NCBI GenBank assembly: GCA_013239625.1
Contig: MU053881.1
Span: forward strand, 6,347,957 to 6,411,956
Source of the DNA: Lama guanicoe
Lineage: Eukaryota
Direction: 5' to 3'
Length of the DNA stretch: 64,000 nucleotides
In this document: piece after piece, positions 11,926-24,830 of the stretch
How the letters are laid out: each line of letters starts with the position of its first letter
How positions within the stretch are numbered: the first letter of the stretch is position 1
Translations under genes and position numbers: made by a program
Notes under the pieces: generated by a model
Told to the model about the DNA's origin: nothing
The model's database searches: none
Seen by the model: the letters and a program-made list of their open reading frames with translations, nothing else

Positions 11926-14900
11926 ACTGAGCTCTTGATGTTCCTTCTTGTAGAGAGGGATAATTACAAAGGTAGTGTTTTTTTTTGGTAATTCTGCTAT
12001 TATATCATATGTGCAATTCTGTCTGATCAAATTAGTAAACATAAATGACTGCCCAATATGTGCTAAATAGTAATAAACACTAGAAGGAGATTTAAAAGAT
12101 TAATAAAGTAGAGCTTCTGACCTCAAGTAGCTTATGGCCCACAGGTGACAAGGCCATATATAAACACATATTGACTGTCTATGATATATAAAATAATGTG
12201 CTTCTATCTTTCATAACAAATTTTGGGGCTAAACCACAGTGGCAAGGACTTAAGATGTTGGTAGAGTAGGGATGGCAGGAAGCTGACTTTATAACACACT
12301 TGTCTTCCCACAAATTCAAAGTCAGATGTAGAGACATTACATACAGATGAGTACTTTCCACTAAATGGAACCCAAACCAGACTAAGCAATAATAGGCATT
12401 CATTAAAAGTCAAACACTGAGTTTAAGGGCCAGAGATTGAAGGTGAACAACAACTGCTCTTGGGATGTAAGAAGCACCTGGTAGTATGCAGCTCTTAGCC
12501 CCATGTGCTACTACTGTGGGGCTAAGAACAAGCTGGACTTCCCGGGGTTTTCCAAAGCTGGAGGAGCTTCAGAATAAGTGTCATTACGATGTGAAAAAGT
12601 CTCTTAGCAAAAGTAAATGTAGGTGACAGATACTGTTAAGCAATTTTGGTTGAGAATTTCTTTAGTTAGACAGACGTTAGCAATAATTCAGTATAAGCCC
12701 TCATTTTATAAATAAAACTTTAACAGGATAAAGTTACATAGCTAACTGGAGGTACAACCTTACACTTGGTTTATCCTAATGGTTGGGAGAGAAGTCTCAG
12801 TAAATCCTTTTAATCTTAGTTTATTATATACATGTGACACTATTATGAAAGATTACTATTTATTATGGAAGTAAATGTGACATTATACATTATCAGTCGC
12901 AAATCAGAAACATTTTTGCTTTAGGAATCATGGTAATAGAACTTGTCCATGTAGTCACAGATCAGTTTGGCTAAGCATTTTTGGATCTTCAACATAATTT
13001 GAAGTATCATTCAATACATTACTAGGAGTTCATTAAATGCCAAACGCAGAGCTTAAGGACTAGAGAACAAAGGCAAATAAGATTTCTCAGAACATAAGAC
13101 ACTTCTGATGGTGTGTGGACAGACATGTAAGTGTGCAAGATAACTCACAATGAAAGAATGTACAAAGACTCATGAAAAGACAAAAAAGTGACACTAATTC
13201 TGGGGAAAATAACTTGTATTTTGATAGAAACTGATGGCTGTTATTAAGTCATTTAATAAGGTATGAAAACTAGTTTATATAGCATACGAAAGAAATATTC
13301 AAAACTAGATTTTGCCAAGAAAAAAAGAAATGGATGTGTTCTTTGAAAGGAACAAATGTCTGTAGGTAGAACCAACACAGACATAACCATCACTGACCAG
13401 TACTTACCATTAGCTAATATTTTGGAACAAAAAAAGCTGGTTTTGCCTTACTATAATTTTTTAGGTATCAAATCATATTTTTTCACTGATTTCAACAAAT
13501 TTAAACCATGTTCTTCAGCACAATTTCCAGTCCCCAATACAGATGTTAAGAAAATGAACCATTAAAGATGACTTCATCAAAATCAACTACTTAAACCTAA
13601 AAGTCTGTAGTAACCAATGCAAAATATAAATGCAAAATAACTAGGGAATGATTTTATATTTAACAAGAGGGTTAAAAGTTCAAAGGTAAATAAGAAAAGG
13701 AACTTGACTAAACAGAACGCTCTACACTGAGAAACACTCTCTTCATTTGGTTATCTGTAATCTCTATTATGTTGAGGAAACTATCGTCTTTATCTTTTTG
13801 TCCATGTTTACTTGATAACAAGTACAAGGACAAAAACTCTGAGACAGTAAATGAATAAGCTCAGCAGCATTTTTTTTAGGAGTTATACCTGGTCATAACC
13901 AAAAAGTTACAGTATAGGAATATGAGGTTAAATATCAAATCTAATTGACAAGAATTTGTACCAGCAAGATATCTAAATTAATTATTGTCTGACAAAGCAA
14001 CAATTGTTTTGGAGTTCAAATGCCTTCATATATATTAATTCAAATAATTCTCACAATAATCCTGTTTAGTAGGTCCTATTATCCCCATTTTGTAGACAAG
14101 AAATGCAGCCTCTAGAGGTTATGTGACCAAAAAATTAGGGAGAAGAGTCAGCAAGACTAGAACAAAAGGTTCTCGGTTTCTACTACACTCTTTTTTGAGG
14201 CCCCAAGTCAGTGTAAGCTTGAGCAAAGGGGAATACAGGCCTACAACTTTAATTCTGAGATGTATATGTTTCTTACAGCATTTTCAATACTGACATTGCC
14301 TGAGAATCATCCTTTCATCACAAGTTCAATGATTTCCTACAAGCTTAGCAGTTAGTTACACAATTAAATTGATATCAAATATAGAAGCAATCACTATGTA
14401 CCTGAAAACTTCAGGCTCCCAGAGAACACAGGAAATAGCTGATCAGTTACTCCTCGATTAGCAACTTTAGAATGCCTGGAGTAACAGTGTTTTATGTTTT
14501 CTTCATATGAGAAACAAAGGTAAGCCACTCTACTTGAAGAGAGCACAGTCAGGTTAGCCATACAATATCAAAACTTCAGAGAAGATCCTTAGATATTATG
14601 GGGGGGGGAAAGGCTCTTAAGGGGTGGGGAAAGGAATATTTTAAAATGCTATAGCAAAAATTACCTTTAAGATTGTTTTATTACTTAAAAGTATGCAATA
14701 GAAAAGATGATTTCAAACCAAAGTTCTAAACCTAAGGAGTTATAAGACTTTAGTTAAAAGGATCCTTAAAAACTTGTTTATTTCATTTTCTAAATAAAGA
14801 AATGGAGGATTCCAAAAGTTGGGAGACTGTTCGTTGACTGTTTAATAAAAGAGTAGGGAACACACCTTTCATCTGACAGTATTCTCATTCAACATATCTA

Positions 14901-15579
14901 ATGTGTATTACAATTAACTGTTGAAGAGCTATTCATCTTTTCTTTTCAAAATTCCAATTAACTAAAGTAAAGGGCCTTTAAATCTAAACTCACATCAAAT
15001 CAGTAAGTTTTACATGAAAGTTTTTATTTACCAATATATGTTTCATAGTAACTTTTTTTAAAAAACTGAGTTGGTTTTCTTAGTTTGAATTAGAAAGAAT
15101 AGTTGCAAATTACAAAATAATTATAATTATCTTACTTTCTTGAATACCTGGAAATTAAACTATTCTATAATGGCAGGTTTTCCATGTTTTAAAGTATTTA
15201 GAAGCATTTTAAAAAATGAATTCCATAATTCTATACCTTGAAACAAAGGACACTGCATGACATGTTTGGTTAATATTTGAAGACTTGCATCAGATTCCGT
15301 TTATCATGAATATACTGCTAAATGCTATATCAATCTAATGCCTTATAAATCATTCATGAAAAACAAATCTGCAGAGTATATTGGGAAGCAGTTCTCAACC
15401 CATATTTCTTTATTCAATGACCATGGTGTAGCTCTTATCCTCTTATTAAATGACGTGGAGATCTGTCACTTAAGTCAGTTTTACTGACTGAGGGAAAAGA
15501 TGAAAGAAAGAAATAAGAGATACCACTGCTAAAGAAACAGAGTCAAAGGTCAGAACACCTACTGAGCGCCTATCCTCAG

Positions 15580-15790
15580 AGATGCAGTTCAAAGAGTGGT
15601 AAAAGCATAAGCTTCAAACTCTGCGGATCAGGATTTTAAGTATCAATTACAGCACTAGTTTGATGACCTTAGGCAGAGCCTCTGGGCCTCAATTTCATCA
15701 TCTAGAAAATGGAGTCGTGTCAACGACCTTAACATACCACACAGCTAATGCCTAGTAGAATGGAGGTGCTCAGTAAATACAAGGCGCTAT
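15580..15790 (+). mobile_element. MIR SINE
   Basis: gtggtaaaagcataagcttc...gaccttaggc...ctctgggcctcaatttcatcatctagaaaatggag...gctcagtaaat. Confidence 0.7.
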
Positions 15791-16599
15791 TACTGTGTTG
15801 AGGAAAAGTCTGGAGTCTGAATTACACATAAGACAAAAACAAAATGGCGAGAAATAGCTCTCTTTTTTCATAGAAAACTGACCCAAAAGCCTCTATATTA
15901 CCATGGGCAGTCATATACAATTTCTTCCTTATAATAATGATGAAGAGTGTTCTATGCAGAATGTTCTATTTGCAGCAATGATTCACTGTGTGCATGGAAA
16001 AAACTGCTGACACGTTGAGAAGATATTTTCCCGTAAAAGGTTGAAGTCCTTAAGCAGCAAAAAACACCAACGTCCATCATCTTTAAACCCTATTGATTTC
16101 TGGTGAAGATTTAAAAGGCTGTTTACTTATTTCCCATCATTTCTGTCAGAGCTGTAACAGTTCTCTTCCCACTGAATAAACCTCTCATGATCCTCCTGGT
16201 GATTAAGGTCAGACAAAATGTCAAACTCCTAATGCTAAGTGCTTTTACATTAAAAATTCATATCAAATCACCAAGTAAAATCCAAACAAGAAGTCAGACA
16301 TGTAAACAGTTCAAAAAAAAAAAAAAGGTTGTAGTGACCATTACAGAATATAGGTGTAGCATATATGTGAAGGAAAAAAAAAAAAGGTTTGGTAACAGGT
16401 CAAATCACTCCCCCTTCCTCCTGGCATATTCACTGTCATTTCCTATTTTTAAATTTGTGGCCACACTGGACTTGAGTCTCTGTGTGTGAGGACTGGGCAG
16501 GGAGGGAGGGAAAGAGGGCGGGAGAGAGAGAGGGGAAGAGAGACAGAATATTACCATTATCACTTCAAATCATTAGGAGCCATTTGGTTCTACAACTTC

Positions 16600-17060
16600 A
16601 GCATGGTCTTTGGTTTTAAAGCAACGGAGCGTGCATAGAGGGAGTATTTACTCAATATCTAAAATAAACATTACTAACTTTTCTTGTAAGCATAGTTGGA
16701 TCCTTGGAACCAGGAGCTAAGGAAATAGTGTCAGAATCTGGTTTCTTTCCATCTCTGTGTTTCTTTCGACTCCTTTCATCCACTCTCAAACTGGCTTTCT
16801 AAACATAGCAGCCTTTAACAGCTCAAGACTTGTATTCTCCTAGCTGCAAATTCAGTGGAAAGAGCTTTTCTTTCCAAATAGTTTCAACAAGCCTCAGAAA
16901 TTAAACAGCATTAACCTCGGACTTAGCTTGGTTCATATGTTCATACCAAACCAATAATCATGGCCACGGGAAAAGAGTGATCAGATTGGCCAGGCCAATT
17001 GCAAGTCTATATTCCTGAGCCCAGGAAATGGGGTCATTTCCCCATGGACTAAGTGTTATC
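16600..17060 (-). mobile_element. Old MaLR LTR (MLT1J/K/L-like)
   Basis: Motifs such as gcttggttcatatgttcataccaaaccaataatcatggcc and gattggccaggcc. Highly diverged; boundaries are approximate. Confidence 0.55.
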
Positions 17061-18643
17061 AGAGACAGCATGGAATTTACTTGAGTTATAATCTAATAAT
17101 AAAATAATTTACTTTGTTGTTCAATTTGTTCCAGCTTTGGTGATTGGTAGTTCTTTCGACATGCTCCCATCTTTTTTTTTTTTAAGTACTTCTTTACTTT
17201 CTGGCCCTGTAAGACACACCACAAGCTCATCTTGTATGTTCTCTGCCCTAGCCCCAGAATTAGCCATTTCTCCAAGGAGCTCTGGTTCCTTTTACTGGAA
17301 AATGCTATGCAAAAACCAAGATCTGGGTTCTGGATGTGTTTTCTGTTATTAGGGTATCACTGCTTCTGGGCCTTCCCAGCAGACAGAGATGTGAAACATA
17401 CATGCATATATATATACTAGTCCATATATACACACTTACCTATAGTTAGTTCTGTATCTATATATCTTCACATACATTAAAGTAACCATGATATCTCTGA
17501 CCATACCTCTCTCCGGCACTACAGAGTTCATTCTAGCCTTGCCCTCGCTTATTTGTACCTTTCTACTCTGAGAGTTGAGAAACCTAATTTTCATACCACA
17601 ACGTTTACTTACCCTAGAACATAGGTAAAGTGATTTTAGAATTGCTAACTTGTACACCTGTAAGAAAGAGATTTACCAAGGTTGTCTTTAGCTTATACTA
17701 TCCAGAAAAATACCATTTTCCAGTGTTGCCGAGGTCAGCTCCTTTCCCCCACCCACTTCATTGAGGACATGCCATACATCTTGCAATACAGTTTGATTCA
17801 TTTGTTAGTCTCCATCCCATCCTGGGATCCCCCTGACATTTTGGTAGATTTTTAAAATTAATACCAGTTACAGTTCTTTCTACAGTGCCTTTTAACAAAT
17901 GCACAGAGTCACATATCCAACATCCTATTACCCATATACAACAGTTCCATCACTAAAAATTCCTCTGTGTGTCCTTTTTGCAGTCAACCATTCCTCCTTT
18001 TCCCCATTCCCTGGCAACCCACTGATCTGTTTTCCAGCCTATTACCTTTCCCTTTTCCAGAATGTCATATAAATGGAATCATACAATACATAGCCTCTAA
18101 GTTCTGGCTTTGTTCACTTAGGAAAACGCATGTAATATTTATCCATCTTGTTACAAGAAAAAACAGTTCATTCATCTTTATTGTTGAGTATTATTCCATT
18201 GTATGATGTACCACTCACCTGTTGTTTATCCATTTACCTACTGAAGGATATCTTGGTTCTTTCCAAGTTTCTGGTGTTATGAATAAAGCTGATATAAACA
18301 TTAACATATTGGTTTCTATGTGAACATAAGTTTTCAATTCACTTGGGTAAATACCTATGAATGATATATAAGAAACTGTCAAACTATCTTCCAAACTGGC
18401 TATCTACCATTTTGCATTCTCACTGGCAATGAACCAGAGTCCCTGTTGCTCCAGATCCTTGCCAGTATTTAGTACTGTCAATTTTTTTGTTTGTTTTTAA
18501 CAATTCTAACAAGTGTGTAGTAGTATCTCATTATGGTTTTAATTTGCGTTCTTTAATGATAAATGATGTTGAGTATCTTTCCATACCCTTATTTGCCATT
18601 CATGTATCTTCTTTGGTGAATTATCTATTCAAATATGTTGCCC

Positions 18644-18750
18644 CTTCCTTCCTTCCTTCCTTCCTTCCTTCCTTCCTTCCTTCCTATTTCATTTTATTTT
18701 CTTCCTGCCTTCTTCCCTTCCTTCTTCCTTCCTCTCTCTCTCTCTCTCTT
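18644..18750. repeat. (TTCC)n/(TC)n pyrimidine-rich simple repeat
   Basis: About ten CTTC units, then a degenerate CT-rich tract. Confidence 0.95.
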
Positions 18751-18762
18751 GTTTTTTTTTAC

Positions 18763-19267
18763 TGTATTAGTTTTCCATTGCTGCTATAACAAAGTATCAC
18801 CAACTTACTGGCTTATTAAAAACTTACTAATTTACATTTCTGTAGGTTAGAAATCCAACACAGGTCTCACTGGGTTAAAGTCAAGGAATCAGAGGGACTA
18901 TATTCCTTTCTGGAGATTCTGGGAAAAATTCATTTCCTTGCTTTTTGTAGATTCTAAGGACTGCAAGTGGTCCTTGGCTCACAGCTCTTCTCCCTCATTT
19001 TCAAAACCAGCAACAATGGATTAAGTCCTTTCCACATGACATCACTTTGACTGCTTTTTCTGCATCATTATTCCATTTTCAAGGATCCATATAATTATAT
19101 TGGGCCTGCCCAGATGATCCAGGGTCTCCTCTCTCTTTTCCAGTGAGATGATCAACCTTATTTCTGCCTGCAACATTCTTTTTTGCCATATAAAGTAACA
19201 TATTCACAGATTTCAGGGATTGGGAATGTAGGCCATGACTGGGACGGCCATTATTCTGCCTACTATG
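18763..19267 (-). mobile_element. MLT1D-like solo LTR (ERVL-MaLR)
   Basis: The ends tgtattagttttccattgctgctataacaaa and ggccattattctgcctactatg match the reverse-complemented MLT1D termini. Near-identical 5-bp flanks tttac/cttac. Confidence 0.88.
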
Positions 19268-20379
19268 CTTACTGCTGGATTTTTAGAGTACTATGTATAT
19301 TCTGGATACAAGTTCTTTGTCTGACATTCGGTTTCCAAAAATTTTTCTCCCATTTTGTGGCTCACTCTTTATTCTTGTAACAGTGTTTTTCACAGGGCAA
19401 AATTTTAAATTCTAGTAAAGTACAATTTATCATTTTTTCTTATTTTATGAATTGTGTTCTTGGTGTCAGTTTTAAGCATTTATCACCTAACTCAATGTTA
19501 CACAGATTTTCTACTGTTTTTTTCTATAAGCTTTATACTTTTATATTTAGGCCTATGATCCATTTTTGAATCAATTTTTGTAGAAGGTCTGACACAAAGA
19601 GAAAAATCATTTTTCGCAATAAAACACATTCAGTTGTTCAGAATAGTGATGTTTTCAGAGGGATACGGTAAGATGCAAGTGACCCTGACACAGCATACAT
19701 GTGTGCCGCCTCATGCATGGGCTCCTTGTAGATCCAGCTCGGTTCTTCTCCAGTATCCTCTCTTGGGAGTTGTACCTGATTTTATTAACAGTTTCCATTT
19801 GAATCCACTGAGGAATGGGATGATTCTGCTTTTGTTTCTTTTGTAATCTAATGAGCTTTTACTTTCAATATCAATTTATAACTTGTACTTATGTTCCAAC
19901 GGGTAAGATAAACTTTTCTGTGTTTTACCAAAAAAAAATTAAATCACCTGATTCTTTAAAATTAATCATAAAATATTTTTATTATTCTCTGACCCTGGGA
20001 TATAAATATGTATACATGATTTCTTTAATAGAATAAGCACACAAATTAAAGTTTTAAAGTGCTTATTCAAATGAAATGAAGCTTATTTAAACGGTCATGC
20101 TTACTGTGAGCATGTAAATTTCAAGAAGATAAGTATCAAATGGTATTTCCATTAGTCACCATTCATGAAAAATCTTATCACTAGTTCTTAGAAGAAAATG
20201 GATACAACACTAATAAAATACTTAAAAATCTAGATGGTACATTATCATTACAAAGACAGAGATACACAAACATACACATACATGCAAGTATGAGATTCAT
20301 TTCAAATGGAAATTCAGAAAGCTACAAACTGCTTTTGTTGATACATTTTTACCTAAAACTACAGATAAATCTCTTTATT

Positions 20380-22455
20380 AACATCACATGGTAATGGATC
20401 AGAAGACTTTATATTGTTAAGAAGGCAATACTCCACCAAATGATCTACAGATTCAACATAATTTCCAGTTGCCTTCTTTCACAGAAGTGGAAAAGATAAT
20501 CCTCAAATTCATATGGGATTGCAAAGGGCTCTGAATAGCCAAACAATATTGAAAAACAAAGCTGGAGGCCTCACACTTCCTGATTTCAAAACTTACTACA
20601 AAGCTACAGTAATAACACAGGATAGCACCAGCATAAAAAGAGACATACAGATTACCTTAGTCTGTTCAAGCTGTCATAACAAAATATCATAGACTGGATA
20701 ATTTCCAATCAACAGAAATTTATTCCTCACTCTTCTAAAGGCTAAGGATTTCTATGGAGTCTGTTTGAGAATACACTAATTCTATCCATTACAGATCTGC
20801 CTTCATAACTTAAGTACCTTCCAAAAGTCCCACCTGCTAATACCATCAACTTTGAAGATTAGGATTTCAATGTATGAATTTTGGAGGGACATGAACATTT
20901 AGGCCATACTATATACCAAAGGAACAGAATTTAGAGCCAGAAACCCAAAGTAAGATGATTTTTTGACAAGGGTGCTAAGATCATTCAAAGGGGAAAAAAT
21001 AATATTTGCAACAAATAATGCTAGGATAAATGGTTAACTACATGCATGACAATGAAGTTGGACCCACCTCACACCATTAAGTCAACACGGATCAACAAGC
21101 TAAATATAAGAGCCAAAGCTGTAAAATTATTATAAGAAAACATAGGAGTAAATTATTCATGACCTCAGATCTGGCAATGAATTGTTAGATTTCAAACAAA
21201 AACAAAAGCAACAAAAGAACAAACAGATAAACTGAACATTAACAAAATTAAGAAATTGCACTTCAAAAGATATTACCAAGAAAATGAAAAGACAACCTAA
21301 AGAAAGGGAGAAAATATTTGCTAATCATATACCTGACAAGGGTTTAGTACCAAGATTACAGAAAGCATCACTACAACGCAACAAGAAAAAGGTGACCCAA
21401 TTAAAAAATGGACATAAGACTTGAATACTTTTCCAAAGAAGACCCTAAATAAATACTCAAGTTTGGTCTTGGGGGTTTTACATATCACAAGAACCATCAA
21501 CTCAATCCTCATACAATGTGACTCTGGAAAGCTGCTGAATCCTGACCAACAATACAGGGAACCACAGGTGATGTAATTAATGCAGCAGGGGTGACAGTAC
21601 ATGGTGCACAGGGTCCCAAGATAACTGCCTAAATCCCTTGTAGAGATCCTAACAGGTACTGTGGCCACACACTATTACAATCACATGAAAATATGCTCAA
21701 CATAATTTGTCATTAAGAAAATGAAAATCAAAACTACAATGAAACACCACTTTACACATACTAGAATGGCTATAATTATGTATATTATATAAAATGTAAA
21801 ATCCAAATACATATACATGTGTGTGCTGTATGTGTTTTGTGTATACACACACACAAAACACACACACTATAAAAAGTGCTAATGAGAATATGGAGAAACC
21901 CTTGTCCATTGCTGCCAATATGTATACATATATCTCAGAGAGAAATAAAAATGTATATCCTACAGAAACTTGTAAATAAAAGTTTACAGCAGCATTATTC
22001 ACAACAGCCAAAAGAAGGAAACAACACAAAGGCCTGTCAACTGATAAAGAGATAAATAAAATATATATATATATCTCCATAAAATGGAGTACTATTCAGC
22101 CGTAAAAAGAAACAAAGGACTGATACATCCTAAACTGGATGAACTTTGAAAACATTATGCTAAACAAGAGGCCAGCCATAAAAGGTCACATACTGCAAGA
22201 TCCTTTTCATATAAAATAACCAGAATAGACAAATCCAGAGACAGAAATGAGATTAGAATTATCCCCACAGGATGGGAGAGGGGAGAATGGATTACCAAAT
22301 GGGTACAGAGTATTCTTCAGAGGTGATGAAAAATATTTGAAACTACAGAGAGGTGGTAGCTGAACAACGTTTTGAACACACTAAATGCCACTGAATAGTA
22401 CACTTTAAAATGCTCAATTGTATGCCATGTGAATTTTACCTCAAGGTGAAAAAAA
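20380..22455 (+). mobile_element. LINE-1 (L1MB-like) ORF2 3' half and 3' UTR with nested insertions
   Basis: gatctacagattcaac, acttcctgatttcaaaacttactacaaagctacagtaat, and a 3' end ctaaatgccactgaatagtacactttaaaatg. Confidence 0.9.
20653..20911 (-). mobile_element. MLT1A-like solo LTR, internally deleted, nested in L1
   Basis: cttagtctgttcaagctgtcataacaaaatatcatagactgg...ggatttcaatgtatgaattttggagggacatgaacatt. The L1 is colinear on both sides. Confidence 0.85.
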
Positions 22456-22459
22456 GAAA

Positions 22460-23960
22460 GTAACAAAATAATGGCTGACAACTTTCCAAATTTGGCAAAA
22501 ACACATACCTACAGATTCATGAAGAATAAAGAAATTCATGCTCATACAATCATAACCAAAGTGCTGAAATCTAAAGGCCAAGAAAAAAATCTTGAAAGCA
22601 GTCAGAGAAAAACAGCACATAGAAAGATGGAGAACAGCAATTCAAATGGCTGTGGAATTTTAATAAGAAACCAAGCAGTCAGATGAAAGTGGAACAACAG
22701 TGTTAAAGTGCTGAAACTGTCAACCCAGAATTCTATGTTCAGAAAAAAAAAATTCCTTCATGAGTAAAGGTAAAATAATGATATACTCAGATGATAGAAA
22801 ACTAAGAGAATTCATTGCCAGTAGACTTGCTCTGTAAGAAATGCTGAAGGAAGTTCTTGAGACAGAAGGGGAATGATATCAGAGAGAAATCTGGAACATC
22901 AAGAATGAAAGAACATGAAGAGTGTATAGAATATAATTTTCCTCTTATATTCTATAAAATATACATAATGGTTCAAAACAAAAATTATAACATTATCTGA
23001 GAGTTTTTTAGTATATGTAGATGTAATACTTAAGCAACTACAACATAAACAGTGGAGGATAAAAAGAGAACCTATGTTTCACTTTAAGTGGTAAAATATT
23101 AATTCTAAATAGATCGTGAAAAGTTAAATATGCATATTATAATCCTAGAGTAAGCATGAAAAAAAATAAAAAGATAGAGAAAAAACTCAATAGGTAAAAT
23201 AGAATGGATTACTATACTTAAATAATCTGAAAGGAAGCAGGAAAGAAGAAACAGAAAATAAAAGCAGAGGGAACAAACAAAATAAGAAAGGATAGACTGA
23301 AGTCCAAATACCAATAATAATTAAATGTAAATGGTTTAAATATACCTATTAAAAGACAGAGCTTCTGAGAATGGATAAAAAAAATCTAAACCCAAGGATA
23401 TGTTGTCTACCAGACACTATATTCATGTAAAAAAATGTACATTTAAATATAAGTTACAGCAAAAGGGTTAGAAAAAGATATCCCCCAAAACATTAAAATC
23501 TATGCAACTTTAAGAGAATATCTTTGTGTCCTGGGATTAGGCAAGGAGTTCTTACACACTGATCATTTAACTATGCATGACACTAAAAGCATAATCCATT
23601 AAAAACTGTAAGTTAGATTACATCAAAATTGAAAACTTTTGCTCTTTAACAGATACTTGAGAAAATGAAAAGACAAGCTATATATTGAGACAAAACACTT
23701 GTTAATCACATGTCCAACAAAGTACTTCTATTCAAAATCTATAAAGTACCCTCAAAACTTAACAGCATGAAAACAAATGATCTAATTTAAAAATGGGCAA
23801 AAGACTTGAATAGACACTTCTGCAAAGAGGATATATAGAAGACAATTAAATACAAGAAATAATGTTCAACATCATTACTTATTAAGAAAATGCAAATTAA
23901 AACTACAGTGAGATACCTCTATAATTCTATTAAAATGGCAAACAAAACAAAACAAAACAC
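22460..23960 (+). mobile_element. Older LINE-1 remnants: ORF1 C-terminus, inter-ORF spacer, ORF2 start and ORF2 3' pieces
   Basis: MADNFPNLAK and EKNLESSQRK are ORF1-like; caacccagaattctat; taaatgtaaatggtttaaat corresponds to the NVNGLN endonuclease start. Confidence 0.8.
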
Positions 23961-24589
23961 CCTGAAACAAAAGAACTAGCAAACAAAAAACCTTGACAGG
24001 ATTTTTTAAAAACTAGGATTAGACTGAATATATAGGTCAAATTGGAAAAAACTAACATTTTAACAAATATTGAGTTCAAACCCACTAATATTTAGTGAAA
24101 TACAATTTAAAATAAAAGCGAGTTATTTTCAATTCCTAGACATGCAAATATTACAAAGAAATAAACTGATGGCAAAGACAGAGTATGTAAATAGGTTCAA
24201 TATTTTGGGGAAGCCAAATTGTAATCCATATATTTTTTGTGTGTTTTTTCTTCTACTCAGAAATTTCATTTCTAGGAATTACTGGAAGACATACATGCAG
24301 AAAAGGCACAAACAAGAATGCTCACTGCAGCCTTGAATGTAATACTTTTAAAAAATCTATGCATCTATGTTGGAGACAGGTTAAACTAAGTATAATGGAT
24401 CCATAAAATTACAATGCAGACATTTAAATTATAGAACTATATGAATGAATAAGAGCAAAAATCAAGTTCTAGTCATGATGGGGATATGCTGAAAGGAGAA
24501 ACTGAGTTTCCATATGGGCAGATCATTCATATCAATTTGACAAACTGATATTAGTGTTGCTAACTTGGGGCGGGGGGGCAGAAAGGAAA

Positions 24590-24830
24590 CAAATTACTGA
24601 TATTACAAAAACATGAATGAATCTCAAAGGCATCATGCTCAGTGAAAGAAGCCAGTTTCAAAAGATCAAACACAATATGATTACATTTATATGATATTCT
24701 GGAAAAAGGAAAAACTAGAGTGAGTGAGAACACATCACTGGTAGCCAGGAGTTAGGAATGGCAGAGGCAGGCATGAGGAAGGTTTTCCTCAGGTGATGAA
24801 ACTATTCTGAGTTCTGATCGTGGTAATTGC
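24590..24830 (+). mobile_element. L1ME-like 3' end
   Basis: acatgaatgaatctcaaaggcatcatgctcagtgaaagaagccag...ggtgatgaaactattctg. Confidence 0.75.

Larger units (their letters stand above)
17080..19640 (-). mobile_element. Old LINE-1 (L1MC/MD-like) 3' region, interrupted by a microsatellite and an MLT1 LTR
   Basis: gttccagctttgg, gaatgtcatataaatggaatcatacaata and tttgcattctcactggcaatg. The L1 resumes after 19268 (tatattctggatacaagttctttg). Confidence 0.85.

Noticed and set aside
13398..13420. Strong minus-strand donor ATG|GTAAGT
   Set aside because: No credible acceptor within exon distance.
15130..15160. Possible 12-nt microexon ttccag|GTATTCAAGAAA|gtaaga
   Set aside because: Poor pyrimidine tract with competing AGs just upstream; likely chance.
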